A stretch of 64,000 nt of DNA from Thermoanaerobaculia bacterium. GTDB lineage: Bacteria; Acidobacteriota; Thermoanaerobaculia; Multivoradales; UBA5704. Both the position numbers and the translations under genes were made by a program. The notes beneath the pieces are model-generated. The model saw nothing but the letters and a program-made list of their open reading frames with translations, did no database searches and was not told the DNA's origin. Numbering within the stretch: position 1 is the first letter of the stretch; the number at the start of each line of letters is the position of its first letter. Below, one piece after another: positions 60,801 to 64,000 of the stretch. The stretch spans positions 1 to 64,000 of the forward strand of contig JBGAGQ010000007.1 in NCBI GenBank assembly GCA_044226625.1, written 5' to 3'.

Positions 60801-61239
60801 CTTCGCCTGCCACGGCTTGCTGGACGAACAGATGCCCCTGAATTCGGGCCTGGCACTCTCGATTCCGGAACACCCGGCCGAGGGACAGGACAACGGTGTG
60901 CTTCAGGCTTGGGAGATCATCGAGAACCTGCGTCTGGACGCCGATCTCGTCACCCTCTCGGCGTGCGATACAGCGCTCGGGAAGGACATGGGCGGTGAAG
61001 GCATTCTCGGTCTCACCCGAGCCTTTCAGTTTGCCGGCGCGCGGTCTGTGCTCTCTTCGCTCTGGAGCGTCGAAGACGAGTCGACGGCCGAGCTCATGCG
61101 CACGTTTTACTCCCGCCTCTCCGAGGGCGAGAGCAAGACCGGAGCGCTTCGGGCCGCTCAACTCCGCCTCGTTCGCTCGGCTGAGTTCGCCGATCCTTAC
61201 TATTGGGCGGCGTTCGAGCTGTTCGGTCGCTGGAAGTAG
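57880..61239 (+). CDS. Signal peptide-PDZ-like-TPR-CHAT (caspase-like) protease
   Basis: GLLVEVVWPHFGGEAAGIEAGDHLVSW (PDZ-like); ~10 TPR-like repeats; CHAT motifs PDGPLHALPFAAL, HFACHG (His), LSACDT (Cys), SLWSVED, PYYWAAF. Confidence 0.93.
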   Translation: MFASANGRNLCYLLLVSILLAAGLASATEAYARDFAAPRGLLVEVVWPHFGGEAAGIEAGDHLVSWSRAEPLSTNPGPDGSLETSFDLWRVIFEQAPLGRVTLEGTRAGAAMSWTLPPSRWWGLEIRPELPEDSLKSYLDARAAFLVGDYERSSKLGLAAIERLEERGDVLDAAWMCRWLVMHDGGPEAGSRGDEITEASVEALVARAHSWEAALILRWRALDWQLHGDWEVARLLYLRSLDLVRRAPGRTVTETKILIGLGAVAIGEGDLKTSEESFLAALRLTEGIAPESLDRAECLADLGEVALQKGDLTAADRWNREALALQERLAPTGLDITATLQTLAGIATERGYLSDAEALFRRSLALVAKNLPGQPSTGQNLQLLAGLALRRGDLAYAEQYLETSLKLYGHDPNERQYNYSEAFVTLAEIAFRRGDLASAHQHLVHALEVRENSAPNASGVADALVSLGRLEVTRGDLGAAREHFERALAIRERQQKRSIHVAAILRELGSIQKGSRSEKQLEEAVSILRDEVPGSLDEAEAQEALGKRFTERGAFDRGLHHFSRAFEIRERIAPGSLEQADALYQIGLIRHRLGREKEATDDFCSAIDRLDRQRKMIGGPTESRAFFESGVVPYYEACLRGLLARGRADQAFAVLERGRARVFLTLLSERDLRPTELPAEMAAERWKLGEDYDRLEAALGRLSPERAAAEVERIRSELSAVRNAQAALADRIRAASPRPASLDHPEVLDLKGTKAILDPGTVLLSYSVGQRDTLLFIVEGADRPGLAVRTLPIGRQKLREKVERFRASMTAPVRPGARSRAEAERLYRELLSPAEPFLRRAARILICPDGPLHALPFAALRHRGAYLVEGKPLHLAPSMSAYAALRNRGESQGEDSRVAIAAFGGPTPRADRGAPSEPELRSAVRRGLRLEPIPFAREEATEAARLFPGGQAFVGDQVTEEAVKQIAPRARILHFACHGLLDEQMPLNSGLALSIPEHPAEGQDNGVLQAWEIIENLRLDADLVTLSACDTALGKDMGGEGILGLTRAFQFAGARSVLSSLWSVEDESTAELMRTFYSRLSEGESKTGALRAAQLRLVRSAEFADPYYWAAFELFGRWK

Positions 61240-61297
61240 GCGCGCAACGAATCGACGCGGCGACGCGACACACCGTCGTCTTAGGGCCGGTCGGCAC

Positions 61298-62200
61298 TCA
61301 ATCGGGGTACGCTCTTTCGAGAGCCGCGAGGAGCTCGGAGAGTTTCGAATCTCTCGGCGACCTCTCCACCGCCGCCCGCAGCTCTTCACGCGCCTCGAAC
61401 CAAAGTCCAAGGCTTCGGTCGACCTCGGCGAGAAGCGCGAGCGACGGTCCGTCTCCATCTCTTTCGACGGATCGTCTCAGGCTCTCCCGAGATTTTGCGA
61501 TCTCTGGGGAGAGCGTCACGAAATCCGCTCGTCCCGTCGCGGTCGGCCCCACCCGGTCGATCGACTGGACCTTCCAGTCGTACCTCATTCCCGATCTGAG
61601 CGCTTTGCCCGTGTCGACGGCGAGCTCGGCGGTCTCCACCGAAAAGACGACGCTCCCCTTCCGGTCCATGACTTCGACGCGGTACTTGCCGACCCCGTCG
61701 ACGGGCTCGTAGCGGAGGATCGTCCCACCGGCGAGGGTCGCCGCTCCGTGGCGAGGATAAAGACCCAAGATTCGCTCCGAGCGGATGCGAATCGCGCCCG
61801 CGCTCAAGCCGGCCGGCTCGTCGACGGCAATCGCCTCGAGCCCCGGCAACGGCGAAACCGGCGAGAGCGGGCGAACCGGGCCGGAGCGTGAGCCGAGATC
61901 CCTGCGGCCGATTCGTGCCGTCGAGCCCTCGTCCATTTCGTAGCGGCGGCCGTTCACAAACGCCAACGCGAGCTTCGAGCCCGTTGGAACTCGGACGACG
62001 CTTCCCGCGACGAGACGATCGAAAAGGCGCAGAGAACGCCGCGCCTCGGCGGAGGTTTCGACCGTCGCTTCGCCCGCGAGCGAGTAGACGAGCGCCGCCG
62101 GCCGAGCGGGAGAGCGTGCTCCGTGCGGTTGCGCGGCAGCGACGCAAAGGCACACGAGCCACCCGAAGCCAGCGAGCCGGGCAGCTGAAGCGAACTTCAT
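61298..62200 (-). CDS. Secreted FecR-N/DUF928-like protein
   Basis: ATG 62200 overlaps the kinase stop (ATGA); signal peptide; LRLFDRLVAGSVVRVPTGSKLALAFVNG; LRSGMRYDWKV; C-terminal TPR-like helix (GLWFEA). Confidence 0.7.
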   Translation of the reverse strand: MKFASAARLAGFGWLVCLCVAAAQPHGARSPARPAALVYSLAGEATVETSAEARRSLRLFDRLVAGSVVRVPTGSKLALAFVNGRRYEMDEGSTARIGRRDLGSRSGPVRPLSPVSPLPGLEAIAVDEPAGLSAGAIRIRSERILGLYPRHGAATLAGGTILRYEPVDGVGKYRVEVMDRKGSVVFSVETAELAVDTGKALRSGMRYDWKVQSIDRVGPTATGRADFVTLSPEIAKSRESLRRSVERDGDGPSLALLAEVDRSLGLWFEAREELRAAVERSPRDSKLSELLAALERAYPD

Positions 62201-64000
62201 CGAGAGACCTCCGGCGCCGGCGGCAAACGCCGCCGGACGAGCAGGACGAGGAGCGAGCCGATCAGCGCGAGCGCGAGAGGCAGCGTCGAAGGGAGCTGCC
62301 ACCCCAGCCACCAGAAGGCGGGAAACGAGGCGCCGAGGTAGGTGCATGCCCCACCCAGGAGCACGATCGGCGCCAGCCTCGCACGACGCGCGAAGAGGCA
62401 ACCTGCGAGGAGCGCGCCGAACGGCACCAGCGACCCGACGAGGAACGGAATCCGCGCCGGCTCGGCGACCGGAGATCCGGCGGCAAGCGTGTCGACGAGC
62501 ATCGCTTGAAGGGCGAGTCCGGACACCGAGCCGCGTCGCCCCGCGCCAGGCGGCACGCGATGGACGTCGTCGCCGGAAGGATCGAAATCACCGCCCAGCA
62601 GGACAAGCCGGTCGCGAAACCGGCCGGGCCTCCGGTCGAGGGCATTCGACACCTCGCGCCAGGAGATGCGGTCGAAGCGGCTAACGGCGATCCGCGAATC
62701 GAGCGCAAAGGCGCCGTCCCGAGTTTCGTCGATGCGGAGCGAAGGGGGCAAGGTCCCGGCGGTTTTCGCGGCCCATGACGGGCGCGTCGCGCCCGACCGG
62801 TCACGGTAGCGAATCCGTCCGAAGCGCGTAACGCCGTCCGTCCCTTCGTCGAGGTTCACGAATCCGAACAGGTCGGCGGCTCGCTGGGAACCGAGCGCCA
62901 CGGTGGTGAGCCCCCCAATGCATTCGCGTCCGACCACCTGACCGTCCGGGCGAGAGAAGGCGGCCAGGGTGATCGCACTCGGATGGCGAAGGATCAGGGT
63001 CGAGAACGCCTCCGACTCGGACCAACTCGCCGGAAGCAAGAGGTCGATCGCGAGGCCCTTCGCTCCCGCGGCGAAGACCCGCTCGAGGGTCGTGCCGACC
63101 TCGTCCCCTCGGCTCGCCAGCGGGGGCGCTCCCCCGCCGAGGCTCGCCTCGTCCAGGGAGAGAAGGAGGATGCGCGGGTCGGGCGCTCGCGACGGCGCCG
63201 TCGCGGCTCGAAGATCTTCGACCCATCGATCGATCGCGGGAAGAAACGGCGTAGGAAGCACGAGCCCCAAGAGAAACAAGCACGCCGTCAAACCCGCGGC
63301 AAGGAGCGCCCGCCGCGGCCGCTCACGGACCCGCCATCGGCGGAGGGATTCACGCTCGGTGGCCCGACGGATCGTCGACAGGGCCTCCCCCGCGCTCGCC
63401 GGGCGCCGGGCCGGGTCCTTCTCCAGAAGTGCCCGCAGGGCATGCCAAACCACATCGGGCAACGGCGAGCCCGCCGGGGTCGGCACGGAGGGCTCCCGGT
63501 CGACGTGTGCTCGCAGCACCTCCGCCGTCGTTCCCAAGAACGGCGGCTGCCCGGCGAGGAGCTCATAGGCGATGACGCCGAAAGAGTAGAGGTCCGAAGC
63601 GCGCTGGGGGCGCTCGCCAAGAATCACCTCCGGCGCGACGTAGTGGGGCGTGCCGAGAAGTGCACCGGTTTCGGTCAAGCCGGCATCTTCCGGGCCCGAA
63701 AGCGTTTCACTCCAGCCACTCTCCGGCGGCGATCCCGCCTCACTGCGCTCTTTGGGTTTCCCTAAGAGGTCGGCCAATCCGAAGTCCAGGACTTTTGCCT
63801 GCTGATCGCCGCCCACGGCCACGATTAGCACGTTGTCCGGTTTGAGGTCGCGATGAAGGATTTTCCGTTCGTGGGCAGCATCGATCGCTTGGGCGATCTC
63901 GTCGAGCCAAAGCAGCGCGCGAGGGAGTGGCGTGGGACCTTTCCGGCAAATCTCGGCGAGCGACTTTCCCTCCAAGAGCTCCATCACGAGATAGGGAGCG
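62197..64000 (-). CDS. Ser/Thr protein kinase fused to a membrane-anchored CHASE2 sensor (5'-truncated by the window edge)
   Basis: HRDLKPDN, DFGLA, GTPHYVAPE; a TM helix; CHASE2 motifs ILLLSLDEASL, AGAKGLAIDLL, GFVNL..DGVTR, FRDRLVLLG, SGLALQA; three C-terminal TMs. Confidence 0.9.
   Translation of the reverse strand, partial: APYLVMELLEGKSLAEICRKGPTPLPRALLWLDEIAQAIDAAHERKILHRDLKPDNVLIVAVGGDQQAKVLDFGLADLLGKPKERSEAGSPPESGWSETLSGPEDAGLTETGALLGTPHYVAPEVILGERPQRASDLYSFGVIAYELLAGQPPFLGTTAEVLRAHVDREPSVPTPAGSPLPDVVWHALRALLEKDPARRPASAGEALSTIRRATERESLRRWRVRERPRRALLAAGLTACLFLLGLVLPTPFLPAIDRWVEDLRAATAPSRAPDPRILLLSLDEASLGGGAPPLASRGDEVGTTLERVFAAGAKGLAIDLLLPASWSESEAFSTLILRHPSAITLAAFSRPDGQVVGRECIGGLTTVALGSQRAADLFGFVNLDEGTDGVTRFGRIRYRDRSGATRPSWAAKTAGTLPPSLRIDETRDGAFALDSRIAVSRFDRISWREVSNALDRRPGRFRDRLVLLGGDFDPSGDDVHRVPPGAGRRGSVSGLALQAMLVDTLAAGSPVAEPARIPFLVGSLVPFGALLAGCLFARRARLAPIVLLGGACTYLGASFPAFWWLGWQLPSTLPLALALIGSLLVLLVRRRLPPAPEVSR

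Overview
High-GC (about 70% in the left two thirds) bacterial DNA. The gene families resemble Acidobacteriota/Thermoanaerobaculia-type soil or sediment genomes (inference, not a database result). There are three zones. (1) 1-29.8 kb, minus strand: a hybrid NRPS-PKS assembly line that runs off the left edge: C-A-T (Lys2/McyE-like 'DPRH' A domain) -> KS-AT-T-C-A(Gly)-T-C-A(Gly)-T-C-A(Tyr)-T-SULFOTRANSFERASE-C-A(Gln)-T-C-A(Tyr)-T -> C-A(Thr/Dhb)-T-C(modAA-like)-A(Thr)... (2) 30-41.5 kb: a solo dnaE2, a poly-HAMP hybrid histidine kinase with a partner REC-HK-REC, and tRNA-Arg(CCT). (3) 41.6-64 kb, an accessory region of lower and patchy GC. It holds secreted proteins, a TPR protein facing away from a small secreted repeat peptide, and a sigma70-driven operon with a strictly phased 21-bp repeat array. 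It also holds a GAF-sigma54 activator, a Sec-exported Rhs toxin (Ntox44-like tip, no adjacent immunity gene, TonB-box-like motif after the cleavage site), and a CHAT protease / CHASE2-kinase module. Best leads: the mid-line CurM-like sulfotransferase after a Tyr module, the distal-carboxyl-type A domain feeding a PKS, the 21-bp array operon, and the orphan Rhs. All domain and substrate calls were read by eye from motifs and need HMM or experimental confirmation.
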